From contig CAWDIO010000015.1 in the NCBI GenBank assembly GCA_963802385.1, positions 73,179 through 137,178 on the forward strand: a stretch of 64,000 bases of DNA, given 5' to 3'. Each line of letters begins with the position of its first letter. Position 1 is the stretch's first letter. Below, piece by piece: positions 36,589-49,067 of this stretch. The DNA comes from an uncultured Acidimicrobiales bacterium (GTDB lineage Bacteria; Actinomycetota; Acidimicrobiia; Acidimicrobiales; VFJN01). The notes beneath the pieces were generated by a model. It searched no databases. It saw only the letters and a program-made list of their open reading frames with translations, and was not told where the DNA came from. The position numbers and the translations under genes are program-made.

Positions 36589-38017
36589 TCAGGTGGTGCC
36601 CGGCAGGCGGCGGGGAAGCCGCGCCGCGGCCAGCACGCCGCCCAGCGCCACCGCCAGGGCGATGGCGAAGGCGATGGTGAGCGACGAGGCGGTGGACCAG
36701 CCCCGGCCGTCGCCCAGGGCCACGAACACGCCGGCCACCCCGGTCCCCGAGCGCGACGCCGAGCACGTCGGTGAGCTGGAGGGACGAGCTGGCCATGCCC
36801 TCCTGGCCGGGGGCGGCCTCGCCCAGCACGGTGGCGGAGATGGGCGCGTAGGACAGGCCCATGCCGAGGCCGCCCACGGCCCACGCCGCCACCAGGAACC
36901 CGGCGGGCACCGGGCCCAGCGCCAGCATGGTCAGGGCGATGCCGGCCGCCAGCACCGCGAAGCCCCGGCGCACCAGCCAGCGGGGGCCGCGCTGCACCAC
37001 GATGCGCTGCTGCACCCAGGCGCCCGTCGTCCAGGCCAGGGTGGCGCCGGTCAGGGCCAGGCCCGCCACCCAGGTGGGCTGGTGATGGGCCTTGGTCACC
37101 GCCAATGAGACGTAGGCGTCGGTGCCGAAGAAGGCGAAGGTGAGCAGGCCGCGCGTCCCGATGGCCGCGGGCATGCCCCGGTGCAGGGCCAGCGTGCCCG
37201 CGGGCACGAGGCGGACGAAGGCCCACGTCCCCGCCAGTCCCCCGACCACCACCAGCGCCAGGGTCAGGGCCAGCTGGTGGGCGCCGAGCCCGCCGAGGAC
37301 CAGTGCCGCCCCCGCCACCAGCACCACCGCGTCCCGCAGGCGGTCGTCGTCACGCCCGGCGGACCCCGCCTCGGCGTCGTCGGGCGGACCGTCCGACAGG
37401 GCGGGCAGGGCCAGGACCGCGGCCAGCGCCACGAGGGGCAGGAGGGCCAGGAAGACGACCCGCCACGACAGCCAGCCGGCCAGGGCGCTGGCGGCCGCCG
37501 GGCCGATCACGCCCGGGATGACCCAGGCGCTGGAGAACACGGCGAAGACCCGGGGCCGCAGGGCCGCCGGGTAGGACCGGCCGACGCTGGTGTAGGCGAC
37601 GGCGGGGATGACGCCCGCGCCCATGCCCTGGGCGATGCGCCCCGCCACCAGCATGGGCATGGACTGGGCGGCGCCGCCCACGACCAGGCCCACCGCGAAC
37701 AGGGCCAGGCCCACCGCGAAGGGGAGCCGCGTGCCGCGCCGGTCCGCCGTTCGGCCCGCGAGCACGATGCCGAGCAGGCTGCCGAGGAAGAAGCCGCTGA
37801 ACACCCAGCCGTAGAGGCCCAGGCCGCCGAGGTCGTCGGCCACCACCGGCATCACGGTGGCGATGGCCAGGGACTCGAAGGCCACCAGGGTGATGGTCAG
37901 CACCAGGGCCACGGTCAAGCGTCGCCGGGCAGGCGCCCACACGCCGTCGTCGACGGCGACGTCCCCGGTCACGGACGCCGGCGCGGGCGAGAGCGGGTCG
38001 AGGGCCACGTCGGACAT
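36589..38017 (-). CDS. MFS transporter, frameshift near 36745
   Basis: AFESLAIATVMP, GRIAQGMGAG, SAWVIPGVIGP and many TM helices. Confidence 0.87.
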
Positions 38018-38045
38018 GCTTGCGTGCCAACACGGCATTCCCCCG

Positions 38046-39218
38046 ATGGATTCCCTGACCGAGACTGTGCCCGTGCCCGAACCGGTGGCCGACCGCGTGC
38101 CCACGCCCCACGACAGCGAGGATGATCTGGTCCGCAGCCTGCTGACCGGCATCGCCGTGTTCCGCTGGCTGGCGTGGGTGTGGCTGGTGGTGGTGCTGGC
38201 CCTCAACCGGTCGGAGCTGTCCGAGCCCGCGGCCCGCCCCGGCCTGGCCTTCCTGCTGGCGGGCGTCGCCCTGGTGGTCACGGCCGCCGACACCGCGTTG
38301 CTGAGCGTCCACCCTCGCCGGCTGCTCGATCCGGGGCCCATCGTGGCCGAGGTGGCCGTGGGCTTCGCCCTCGCCATGGGGGACGAGCTGGTCTACAACG
38401 GCGTGTCCCATCCCCAGACCCTGGCCTCGGCCTGGCCGCTGGCCGGGGTGCTGACCGCGGGGATCGCGCTGAGCTGGCGGGGAGGCGTGGCCGCCGGGGC
38501 GGTCATCGGGCTGGGCACCGGGATCGGGGAGCTGCTCGGCCCGGCGAGCTGGAACCGCGGCGACACGATCAGCACGGTGTCCAGCATCGTGCTCTACGCC
38601 CTGGCCGGGCTGGTGGCGGGGTTCGTGACCACCCGGCTGCGGGAGGCCGAGCGCCGCATCAGCATGGCCCAGGCCCGGGAGGAGGTGGCCCGCACCCTGC
38701 ACGACGGCGTGCTCCAGACACTGGCCGTGGTCCAGCGCCGCACGGAGGACCCCGACATCGTGCGCCTGGCGCACGAGCAGGAGCGCGAGCTGCGGGAGTT
38801 CCTCTACGGCACCCGGGGCGCGGTGGGCGGCGGCGGCGACCTCGGCACCCGGCTGCGGGTGGCGGCCGCCCGCTACGAGGACCGCTACGGCGGCACCGCC
38901 CGGGTGGTGCTGGCCCCCGACACGCCCCCGGTGGCCGACCGCACGGCCGCGGCCCTGGCCGGCGCGGTGGGAGAAGCCCTGGCCAACGCGGGCAAGCACG
39001 GCGCGGCCAGCACGGTGACGGTCTACGCCGAGCCGGTCGACGGCGAGCTGTTCTGCTCGGTCAAGGACGACGGCGATGGCTTCGATCCCACCACCACCGA
39101 GGAGGGCACCGGCCTGCGCCGCTCGGTCCGGGGCCGCATCGCCGAGGTCGGCGGGCGCGTCGAGGTGGACGGCCGCCCCGGCCGAGGCACCGAGGTGCGG
39201 TGCTGGGTGCCGTTGTGA
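38046..39218 (+). CDS. Membrane sensor histidine kinase (HisKA_3 type)
   Basis: ARTLHDGVLQTL, EALANAGKH, DDGDGF, GTEV. Confidence 0.9.
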   Translation: MDSLTETVPVPEPVADRVPTPHDSEDDLVRSLLTGIAVFRWLAWVWLVVVLALNRSELSEPAARPGLAFLLAGVALVVTAADTALLSVHPRRLLDPGPIVAEVAVGFALAMGDELVYNGVSHPQTLASAWPLAGVLTAGIALSWRGGVAAGAVIGLGTGIGELLGPASWNRGDTISTVSSIVLYALAGLVAGFVTTRLREAERRISMAQAREEVARTLHDGVLQTLAVVQRRTEDPDIVRLAHEQERELREFLYGTRGAVGGGGDLGTRLRVAAARYEDRYGGTARVVLAPDTPPVADRTAAALAGAVGEALANAGKHGAASTVTVYAEPVDGELFCSVKDDGDGFDPTTTEEGTGLRRSVRGRIAEVGGRVEVDGRPGRGTEVRCWVPL

Positions 39219-39283
39219 CCAGTCATGATCGCGGCACCCTTGCTCACCGCGGTGGGGGTGGGCCGACCTAACCTGCTGGGCTG

Positions 39284-39916
39284 ATGAGCGAGCTCCGGGC
39301 CGTGAGGGTCGTGGTGGCCGACGACCATCCCATCTGGCGGTCGGGGCTCCGCGCCGACCTGGGCTCCAACTTCTTCGTGGTGGGCGAGGCGGGCGACGCC
39401 GACGAGGCCATCGAGCTGGTCCGCTCGCTCGAGCCCGACCTGGTGGTGTGCGACCTGCACATGCCGAACGGGGGCGGGCTCAAGGTGGCCCGGGCGTGCG
39501 GCGGGGACGTGCCCATCGTCATGCTCACCGTCAGCGAGCAGGAGCGGGACCTGCTCGACGCGGTGGCGGCCGGGGCCAACGGCTACCTGGTCAAGAGCAC
39601 CCCGCCCGAGGAGCTGCGCCGCGAGCTGTGGCGGGCGGCCAAGGGTGAGCCGGTGTTCTCGCCCGCCCTGGCCTCGCTGGTGCTGGGCGAGTTCCGGCGC
39701 ATGGCCAAGGCCTCGGGCCCGATCCAGCCGCTGTCGGACCGCGAGCGCGAGGTCCTCCAGTACGTGGCCCGGGGCCACACCTACCGCGAGATCGGCGAGC
39801 AGCTGTTCATCGCCGAGAAGACCGTCGAGAACCACGTCCGCAACATCCTGGGCAAGCTCCACCTCAACCGCCGCCAGGAGCTGGTGCGCTACGCCCTCGA
39901 GCACGGCATCGAGTGA
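39284..39916 (+). CDS. NarL/LuxR-family response regulator
   Basis: ADDHP, DLHMP, GYLVK and the HTH LSDRERE...KTVENHV. Confidence 0.94.
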   Translation: MSELRAVRVVVADDHPIWRSGLRADLGSNFFVVGEAGDADEAIELVRSLEPDLVVCDLHMPNGGGLKVARACGGDVPIVMLTVSEQERDLLDAVAAGANGYLVKSTPPEELRRELWRAAKGEPVFSPALASLVLGEFRRMAKASGPIQPLSDREREVLQYVARGHTYREIGEQLFIAEKTVENHVRNILGKLHLNRRQELVRYALEHGIE

Positions 39917-39953
39917 TGGCCCGCTACGCCCTCGAGCACGGCATCGAGTGATG
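39887..39953 (+). repeat. Perfect 32-bp direct repeat (35-bp period)
   Basis: cgctacgccctcgagcacggcatcgagtgatg at 39887-39918 and 39922-39953. Confidence 0.92.
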
Positions 39954-41340
39954 CCCCGTCCGGACGAAGGCTGGCGCGCCGCGCTCGGGGACGCACGCGT
40001 GCTGGTCAGCGGGTTCGGCAAGTGGGGCGGCGGCCTGTACGACGCCACCGACGCCGTGCCCGTGGCCCTCGACGACCTGCCCAGCTCGGGCCTGACGCTG
40101 GGCGGCGGGCGGCTGTGGCGGCTGCTGCGGGCGCCCGGCGAGCAGACCTCGTCCACCGAGCTGCTGGCCTACGACGCCCGCGGCGTGCGCTCCTACCAGC
40201 GCTTCGACGCCATCCGCGACCCCCACGACGTGGTGTGGTTCGACGGGGCACTGCATGTGAGCGCCAGCTGGGACGACGCCGTGTGGCGGGTCGATCCCGG
40301 CGCCGAGGAGCCGCGGCTGGTGTGGCAGGCGTCCCCGGTCCCCGACGCCTGGCACGTGAACTCGCTGGTGGTGGTCGACGGCGCCCTGCACGTCTGCGCC
40401 TTCGGCCGCGGCGACCGCCACAAGGGCTGGAAGGTCGACGGCGCCGAGCCGACGGGGTTCGTCCACGACCTGCGGGCCGGCCGCGACGTGCTGACCGGCC
40501 TGGCCCATCCCCACACGCCCCGCCGCCGGGGCGACCACTGGTTCGTGTGCGAGTCGACCAACGGCAGCCTCACCGCAGCTCGACCGGGACAGCACGGTGC
40601 TGCGGCGGGCGCCGGTGCGCCGCTTCACCCGGGGCCTCACCTTCGTCGACCGCTGGGCGCTGGTGGGCGGCAACGCCCACCGCGAGCACGAGGACGACCG
40701 GGCCGAGGTGGTCGTGGTCGACCTGGGGACGTTCGACGTGGTCGAGCGCATCCCCATGCCCTGCCTGGAGGTCTACGACATCCTGGTGGTGCCGCCCGCG
40801 GTGGTGCGGGGGGCCGCCGCCGGGTTCGGAGCCAACGCGGCCCGGGCCGTCGAGCAGCACCGCTCCCCCGAGCGCCCGCCCGACCGGCGCCCCGCGCCCC
40901 GCGACGCAGGGGTGCGGCTGGTCACGGCCCGCACCGCGGCGGCGCTGGCCGCCGTGGGCCGGCCGCTGGACGCGGCCCGGGCCCGGGCGTGCGCGGTGCG
41001 GGGCACGCTGCCCCGCGAGGCGGTGGCGGGCGAGGTGACCAGCGTGACCGTCGAGGTGGTCAACCGCACCGACTCCCCGCTGGCGTCGGTCCTGCCCCGG
41101 CCGCTCAAGGTCGGCGCCCGCTGGCTCCCCACCACCGGCGACGATCCCGACACCGTGACCAACCCGCTGGTCCCGCTGCCCCGGGTCCTGCCTCCGGGGA
41201 TGCGCATGCCGGTGGAGGTCCCGCTGGAGGTCCCGGTCGAGCCCGGGACCTACGAGGTGCGGGTCGCGCTGCGCCAGAGCGGCCTCGGCTGGCTCGGCGT
41301 GCGCCTCCAGGGCGAGGTGGTGGTGGCCGCGGGCGACGGG

Positions 41341-42771
<1,431 letters not shown>

Positions 42772-42775
<4 letters not shown>

Positions 42776-43581
42776 TGGTTCTTCTCGTAGATGAGGCGCA
42801 GGCCGTGGAGGGTGAGCCACGGCTCGTGGTGGAGGATGGTGGCGGACAGGGGCGTGATCAAGCCTGACAGACCGCCGGTGGACACCACGGTGGCCTTTTC
42901 GCCCAGCTCGGCCTCGATGCGGTTCACCATGCCGTCGACCAGCGAGGTGTAGCCGTAGATCACCCCCGACTGCATCGACTCCACCGTGGAGCGCCCGATG
43001 ACGTGGCGGGGCTCGACCAGCTCGACCCGGCGCAGCGCCGCGGCCCGGGCGAACAGGGCGTCGAGGCTGATGTCGATGCCCGGGAAGATGGCCCCGCCCA
43101 GGTACTCGCCCTTGCCCGAGATGGCCTCGAACGTGGTGGCCGTCCCGAAGTCCACCACCACCAGCGGCCCGCCGAACAGGTCGAAGGCGGCCACCGCGTC
43201 GGCGATGCGGTCGGCGCCCACCTCCTTGGGGTTGTCGTAGAGGATGGGGATGCCGGTGCGGATGCCGGGCTCGATGACCACCGCGGGGCTGCCGAAGTAG
43301 CGCTCGCTCATGCGCCGCAGCGCCCCGGTCACCCGGGGCACCGACGAGCACAGCACGATCCCGGCGATGTCGTCGTCGAAGCTGAAGCCGTGGAAGCCCA
43401 GGAACTCCTGGATGACCAGCGCCTGCTCGTCGGCGGTCCGCTCGGCGTTGGTCGCCACCCGCCAGTGGTCCAACAGGTCGGTGTCGGCCAGGCGCCGGCC
43501 CACGTTGGGCGCGTCGTCCGGCTCCAGGTCGTAGAGCCCGATGACCGTCTGGGTGTTGCCGACGTCGATGGCCAGAAGCAT
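42772..43581 (-). CDS. coaX: Type III pantothenate kinase
   Basis: AIDVGNT, SSVP, EVGADR, DFGTAT, TGG. Confidence 0.95.
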
Positions 43582-43638
43582 CACGGCGGCTGAGGCTACG
43601 CAAGCGCTCCCGGCGGGCACCATCCGGCCCCCGTTGTT

Positions 43639-43742
43639 GTCCCGAGGCGATAGCGGTCGCCCCGGCGCTCTCGAGGCAATAGCGGTCGGGGCCGGCCGCG
43701 ATTGCCTCGGGCGCCGGTCAGCGACCGCTATTGCCTCGGGAC
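43639..43742. repeat. Nested palindromic REP/MITE-like element, copy 2
   Basis: gtcccgaggcgatagcggtcgc...cgaggcaatagcggtcgg-gg-ccggccgcgattgcctcg...gcgaccgctattgcctcgggac. Confidence 0.78.
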
Positions 43743-43750
43743 CCGGTCGG

Positions 43751-44614
43751 TCAGTCGGGAATCACGTCCAGGCCGATGTCGAGCACGGGCGCCGAGTGGG
43801 TGAGCGCGCCGATGGACACCATGTCCGCCCCGGTGGTGGCGTACAGCCGGATCGTCTCCAGGTCGATCGTGCCCGAGATCTCCAGCAGCGGGCGGCGGGG
43901 GTCCCGCTCGCGCACCTCGGCCACCACGGCCCGCACCTCCTCGGGCGCCATGTTGTCGAGCAGCAGGGCGTCGGCCCCGGCCTCGGTGGCCTCCCGCACC
44001 TGGTCGATGTCGCCGCACTCGACGTGGACGGTGCGGCCCGGCCAGCGCTCGCGGGCGTGGACCACCGCGGCGGTGATGCCGAACAGCTCCAGGTGGTTGT
44101 CCTTGAGCAGCACCCAGTCGGACAGGTTGCCCCGGTGGTTGGACCCGCCGCCGGCCCGCACCGCCGCCTTCTCCAGCGCCCGCAGGCCGGGAGTGGTCTT
44201 GCGGGTGTCCCACACCCGCAGGTCGCCGCCCGCGTCCGAGATGGCGTCCACGAAGCGGGCGGTCAGGGTGGCGATGCCCGAGAGGTGGCCCAGGAAGTTG
44301 AGGGCGGTGCGCTCGGCGGTGAGGATCGGCGCCAGGGGCCCCCGCACCTCGGCGACGGCCACGCCCGCGGCGATCTGGTCGCCGTCGTCGGCCCACCACG
44401 CCACCTCCAGCCCGGGATCGACCTGGCGGAAGGCCTCCATGGCGCACAGCCGCCCGGCCAGGATGCCGGCCGCCCGGGGCACGAACCGGGCGGTGGCCTC
44501 CAGGGCCGGGGGCAGGAGCGCCGAGGTGAGGTCGCCGAGGGGCGTGAGGTCCTCGGCCAGGGCGCGGGCCACGGCCTCCCGCACCGCAACGATGGGCGGG
44601 TGGGCATCGTGCAC
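43751..44614 (-). CDS. nadC: Quinolinate phosphoribosyltransferase
   Basis: ERTALN, DTRKTTPG, HR, KDNH, LLDNM, SIGALTHS. Confidence 0.96.
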   Translation of the reverse strand: MHDAHPPIVAVREAVARALAEDLTPLGDLTSALLPPALEATARFVPRAAGILAGRLCAMEAFRQVDPGLEVAWWADDGDQIAAGVAVAEVRGPLAPILTAERTALNFLGHLSGIATLTARFVDAISDAGGDLRVWDTRKTTPGLRALEKAAVRAGGGSNHRGNLSDWVLLKDNHLELFGITAAVVHARERWPGRTVHVECGDIDQVREATEAGADALLLDNMAPEEVRAVVAEVRERDPRRPLLEISGTIDLETIRLYATTGADMVSIGALTHSAPVLDIGLDVIPD

Positions 44615-44624
44615 AGGGCCCGCT

Positions 44625-45476
44625 TCAGAATCCGCGATCGTCCTGCTTGAGGGCGGTGTCGACCGCGAGGGCGGCGGCCACCACGAGGCTGCGCAGCGGC
44701 TCGTCCAGCGGGCGGTGGATCTGCACGACGTAGTTGTCGGCCGTGGTGAACATGGTCTTGGCCAGGCCCTCCCACGTCTTGGTGATGCGGGCGATCTCGG
44801 CCCCGGTGTGGTCCTGGATGTTGAAGTTCCAGGCTCGCCAGTTCTCGCCGTTGATCATCCCCCAGGTGTGGCCGCCGGCCTCCAGCGAGAAGCGGATCTT
44901 GCCGATCATGTTCTGCTGGACGACGGTGCCGATCTCGGCGCCCTGGCCGTTCTGGATGATGACCCGGGACTTCATGACCTTGGCCGGGCGGGTGAGCGCC
45001 AGCAACACGTTGCCCGTCATGTCCACGATCTGGAGCTTGTGGGTCATGAACTGGTCGTAGGAGCCGAGCAGGCGCAGCGCCTTCTTGGCCATGTTCTGGC
45101 CCACCTGGCGCACGGCACCGATCTGGCGGCCGTGCTGGTCGTAGATGGCGTACTCGTTGTTGACCTCGATGAGCTTGGCCTTCTGGTTGACCACCAGGAC
45201 CGGCTCGCTGAACAGCGTGCCGCCGCCCTGCTGGGCGGGGGCGACGCCCGCGGCCGCCACGTCGCCCACCACCTTGTCGGTGGCGCGGTTCACGGTGGGC
45301 ACGTGGGTGGCGCCGACGGGCGGGTCGACCGCCTGGCGACCGTGGGAGGCGACGTGCTCGGTCCAGCGGGAGCCGTCCCACCACCGGGTCTCGTGGCGGC
45401 CGAAGGGATCCGGGTACCAGGCCGGCGGGTGCTGGCCGGAGGGGCCGGCCGGGGCCTGGGGGTTGGCGTATGACAT
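44625..45476 (-). CDS. DUF2510 plus phospholipid scramblase/LURP-like protein
   Basis: WYPDP..RWWDGSRWT and VVNQKAKLIE, ENWRAWNF, TADNY. Confidence 0.85.
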   Translation of the reverse strand: MSYANPQAPAGPSGQHPPAWYPDPFGRHETRWWDGSRWTEHVASHGRQAVDPPVGATHVPTVNRATDKVVGDVAAAGVAPAQQGGGTLFSEPVLVVNQKAKLIEVNNEYAIYDQHGRQIGAVRQVGQNMAKKALRLLGSYDQFMTHKLQIVDMTGNVLLALTRPAKVMKSRVIIQNGQGAEIGTVVQQNMIGKIRFSLEAGGHTWGMINGENWRAWNFNIQDHTGAEIARITKTWEGLAKTMFTTADNYVVQIHRPLDEPLRSLVVAAALAVDTALKQDDRGF

Positions 45477-45488
45477 AGGCGGCTGATG

Positions 45489-47060
45489 CTACTGGCGCGG
45501 ACCGGAGGTGGCGTCGCGGCGGACCACCAGGCGCACCCGGAGCCCGGGATCGGGCTCGGGGAAGTCACGGCGGGCATGGGAGCCCCGGCTCTCGACGCGG
45601 GCCCGGGCCGCCAGCGCCAGCGCCTCGCCCACGGTGGCCAGGTTGCGGACCTCCTCGCCCACCCCGGCCGCGGCCAGCAGCCCGCGGGCCACCGCCGCCG
45701 CCTCCCCCAGCGACCCGTCCGTCCGCAGCACGCCCGCCCCGGTGGTCATGGCCTGCTGCAACCGCGCCCGGGTCAGGTCCTCGCCGTTGGCGACCGGGAC
45801 CGGCGCCTCGGGCAGCGTCACCACCCGCCCGGGGACCCCGCCGTCGCCGCCCAGCACGGCCCGCATCGCCCCCGTGGGGCGGGGACCGTCGCGGCCGTCA
45901 CGCACCGCCTCCACCACCCGGGGCCCGAACACCATGCCGTCCAGCAGCGAGTTCGAGGCCAGGCGGTTGGCCCCGTGGACCCCGTTGCAGGCCGCCTCCC
46001 CCGCCACCCACAGCCCGGGCAGCGAGGTGGCCCCGTCCAGGTCGGCCACGATGCCGCCGCACAGGTAGTGGGCCGCGGGCGCCACCGGCAGCCAGTCCCG
46101 GGCGGGGTCGAGGCCGGCCTCGGCCAGGGCGGCGTGGATGGTGGGGAAGCGCTCGGCGAAGCGCTCCAGGCCGGTGGCGTCCAGCCACACGTGGTCGCCG
46201 CCCTGGTCGGCGAGGACGGCCATGATGGCCTGGCTCACCTTGTCCCGGGGCAGCAGCTCGTCCACGAAGCGCTCGCCCCGGCGGTCCCGCAGCAGGGCCC
46301 CGTGGCCCCGCAGCGCCTCCGACAGCAGCGGCCGGGGCATGGCCGGGTGGTGCAGCGCCGTGGGGTGGAACTGCATGAACTCCAGGTCGGCCACCGCCAC
46401 CCCGGCGCGCAGCGCCATGGCGATGCCGTCGCCGGTGGACTCGGCCGGGTTCGTGGTGACCGCGAAGAGCTGCCCCGCGCCGCCGGTGGCGATCAGGACG
46501 TGGCGGGCCCGGACCGCGGCCCGCTCCCCCGCCGGGGTCAGGGCCGTGACCCCCGCGCAGCGCCCGCCCTCCACGATCAGATCCAGGGCGAACCAGTGCT
46601 CGTAGAGCGCGGCCGCGGTGCGCTGCACGGCCTCCACCAGGGCCCGCTCCACCTCGGCGCCCGTGGCCGCGCCCCCGGCGTGGACCACCCGGGCGTGGGA
46701 GTGGCCGCCCTCGCGGGCCAGCTGCAGCTCGCCCGCGGCGTCCCGGTCGAAGATGGCGCCCAGGGCGATCAGCTCGTGGACCCGCGCCGGGCCCTCGTCC
46801 ACCAGCACCCGCACCGCGTCGGCGTCGCACAGCCCGGCCCCGGCCGAGAGCGTGTCGGCGAGGTGGACGTCGGTGGAGTCGGGGTCGCCCGCCAGCACCG
46901 CGGCCACCCCGCCCTGGGCCCAGCGGGTGGTGGCCTGGTGGAGCTCGCCCTTGGTCAGCACCCCCACCCGCAGGCCGTGCAGGTCGGCCGCCCGCACGGC
47001 GGCCGACAGCCCGGCCACGCCGGACCCGAGGACCAGCAGGTCGAGCGGGGCGTCGGTCAG
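45489..47060 (-). CDS. nadB: L-aspartate oxidase (start non-canonical or uncertain)
   Basis: [42 protein letters not shown]. Confidence 0.95.
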   Translation of the reverse strand: MTDAPLDLLVLGSGVAGLSAAVRAADLHGLRVGVLTKGELHQATTRWAQGGVAAVLAGDPDSTDVHLADTLSAGAGLCDADAVRVLVDEGPARVHELIALGAIFDRDAAGELQLAREGGHSHARVVHAGGAATGAEVERALVEAVQRTAAALYEHWFALDLIVEGGRCAGVTALTPAGERAAVRARHVLIATGGAGQLFAVTTNPAESTGDGIAMALRAGVAVADLEFMQFHPTALHHPAMPRPLLSEALRGHGALLRDRRGERFVDELLPRDKVSQAIMAVLADQGGDHVWLDATGLERFAERFPTIHAALAEAGLDPARDWLPVAPAAHYLCGGIVADLDGATSLPGLWVAGEAACNGVHGANRLASNSLLDGMVFGPRVVEAVRDGRDGPRPTGAMRAVLGGDGGVPGRVVTLPEAPVPVANGEDLTRARLQQAMTTGAGVLRTDGSLGEAAAVARGLLAAAGVGEEVRNLATVGEALALAARARVESRGSHARRDFPEPDPGLRVRLVVRRDATSGPRQ

Positions 47061-47482
47061 CTGGCCGGGACCTCGACGTAGCGGTGGGGCGCCGGGCCCC
47101 GCTGCTCGGTGGCGAGCAGCTCGGCGGTCACCTCGTCGACCTGGCGGTTGGCCGTGTCGACGTGCACGACCCGGGGCCGGTAGCCGGCCAGCTCGGCGTC
47201 GTCGTACTCGGCGTAGGAGATGACGATGACCCGGTCGCCGCGCTGGACCAGCCGGGCGGCGGCGCCGTTGAGGCACAGGTCGCCCGAGCCCCGGACGCCG
47301 GCGATGGCGTAGGTCTCCAGCCGGGCGCCGTTGTCGATGTCGACGATCGCCACCTGCTCGTGCTCGAGGATGTCGGCCGCCTCGAGCAGGTCGGGGTCGA
47401 TGGTGACGGACCCCACGTAGTGCAGGTTGGCGTCGGTGACGACGGCCCGGTGGATCTTCGACTTGAGCATGCGGCGCCGCAT
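47057..47482 (-). CDS. panD: Aspartate 1-decarboxylase
   Basis: KSKIHRA, YVGS autocleavage site, [14 protein letters not shown]. Confidence 0.96.
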   Translation of the reverse strand: MRRRMLKSKIHRAVVTDANLHYVGSVTIDPDLLEAADILEHEQVAIVDIDNGARLETYAIAGVRGSGDLCLNGAAARLVQRGDRVIVISYAEYDDAELAGYRPRVVHVDTANRQVDEVTAELLATEQRGPAPHRYVEVPAS

Positions 47483-47511
47483 GGCGCTGGGACCTCCCTG
47501 GGTGGGCGCCG

Positions 47512-48357
47512 TCACACGGTCACCCCCACGTTGTCGATCAGTCTCGCCCGCCCGAACCGAACAGCCGCCAGGAGCCGAAGATTCCCGGCCAGCGGCTCGG
47601 GCACGGTGAAAGAGTCTGCGTCCACCACTTCGGCGTAGTCCAATCCCGCCAGGGGCTCGGCCTCGATGATCCCGGCCATGAGCTCGCGCACCGCGGCGGG
47701 GTCCCGCTCACCGGCGCCGATGGCCGCGGCGCCGGCCTTCAGCGCGGTGTAGAGGACCGGGGCCGCCTCCCGCTCGGCCGGGGTCAGGTAGACGTTGCGG
47801 GACGACATGGCCAGCCCGTCGTGCTCGCGCAGGGTGGGGCAGGCCACCACCTCCACCGGCAGCGACAGGTCGGCCGCCATGCGCCGCACCACGGCGATCT
47901 GCTGGAAGTCCTTGGCCCCGAAGTAGGCCCGGCACGGCCCGACGATGGCGAACAGCTTGGCCACCACGGTGGCGACCCCGGCGAAGTGGGTGGGCCGCGA
48001 CGCCCCCTCCAGCGGCGCGGACACGACCGCCACCGACACGGTGGTGAGGACCGGGGTGGGGTACATCTCCGCGACCTCGGGCACGAACAGCAGGTCGACG
48101 CCCGCGGCCTCGGCCAGGGCGGTGTCCCGCTCCAGGTCGCGGGGGTAGGCGGCGAGGTCCTCGCTCGGCCCGAACTGGAGCGGGTTCACGAAGATGGACG
48201 TCACCACCACGCCGGTCTCGCCCCGGGCCTGGCGCATGAGCGAGGCGTGGCCGTCGTGCAGGTAGCCCATGGTGGGCACGAACCCGACGGTGCGGCCCGC
48301 GGCCCGGGCCGCGTCCAGCGCCGCCCGCAGCTCGGCGACGGTGGTGAGCGCCTTCAC
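47512..48357 (-). CDS. panC: Pantoate--beta-alanine ligase
   Basis: [38 protein letters not shown]. Confidence 0.96.
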   Translation of the reverse strand: MKALTTVAELRAALDAARAAGRTVGFVPTMGYLHDGHASLMRQARGETGVVVTSIFVNPLQFGPSEDLAAYPRDLERDTALAEAAGVDLLFVPEVAEMYPTPVLTTVSVAVVSAPLEGASRPTHFAGVATVVAKLFAIVGPCRAYFGAKDFQQIAVVRRMAADLSLPVEVVACPTLREHDGLAMSSRNVYLTPAEREAAPVLYTALKAGAAAIGAGERDPAAVRELMAGIIEAEPLAGLDYAEVVDADSFTVPEPLAGNLRLLAAVRFGRARLIDNVGVTV

Positions 48358-49067
48358 CGGCCCGCCAGGCGCCGGGCGGCGCCGGCCAGGGCCCGGTAGG
48401 CGTCGCGCTCCTCGGCGGGCAGCGCCTCCAGGTGCCGGCGGATGGTGGCCTCGTCGCCCCGGGCCGCGGGGCCGGTCAGGGCGGCCGCAGGGCCCAGCTC
48501 GCGCACGTTGTCGACGGTGGCGGACACGAGGTCAAGGTAGGCCTCGAACGGCACCCCCACGGACCGGGCCAGCCGCTCGACCTGGCCCAGCAGCGCCACC
48601 AGGTGGTTGGAGGCGATCACCGCGGCCGCGTGGTAGACGACCCGGTCGGCGTCGTCGACCGCGAACGCCCGCCCGCCCAGGGCCTCCACCACTTCCCGGC
48701 CCAGCGGATCGCCGGCCAGGGCGAACCAGCCGCCCCGCAGCCGGCGGGCGCCGACCTCGGGCGTGGGCAGGGCCATCAGCGGGTGGACGGACGCCCGCCG
48801 CCGGTGCGGCGCCAGCACGTCCAGCCCGGCGGAGCCCGACAGGTGCGCCACCACGGTGCCGTCCCGGGGCCGGATGGCCCGGGCGACGCGCTCGATCTCC
48901 CCGTCGGGCGTGGCCACCACCACGAGGTCGACCCCCGCGGCCGCATCCGTCGGATCGTCGCCCCTCCCCACCAGCGGCCGGACGTCCCAGGCCGCCTCGG
49001 CCAGCGCCAGGCCCAGGGACGTCCCGGCCCGCCCGGGGCCCACGATGCGCACCCGCCGGGCGGTCAC
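48354..49067 (-). CDS. Rossmann-like/DUF2520 protein (PanG-like ketopantoate reductase candidate)
   Basis: GPGRAG, HLSG, HPL, YHAAAVIASN, LTGPAARGD; adjacent to panC. Confidence 0.85.
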   Translation of the reverse strand: MTARRVRIVGPGRAGTSLGLALAEAAWDVRPLVGRGDDPTDAAAGVDLVVVATPDGEIERVARAIRPRDGTVVAHLSGSAGLDVLAPHRRRASVHPLMALPTPEVGARRLRGGWFALAGDPLGREVVEALGGRAFAVDDADRVVYHAAAVIASNHLVALLGQVERLARSVGVPFEAYLDLVSATVDNVRELGPAAALTGPAARGDEATIRRHLEALPAEERDAYRALAGAARRLAGR

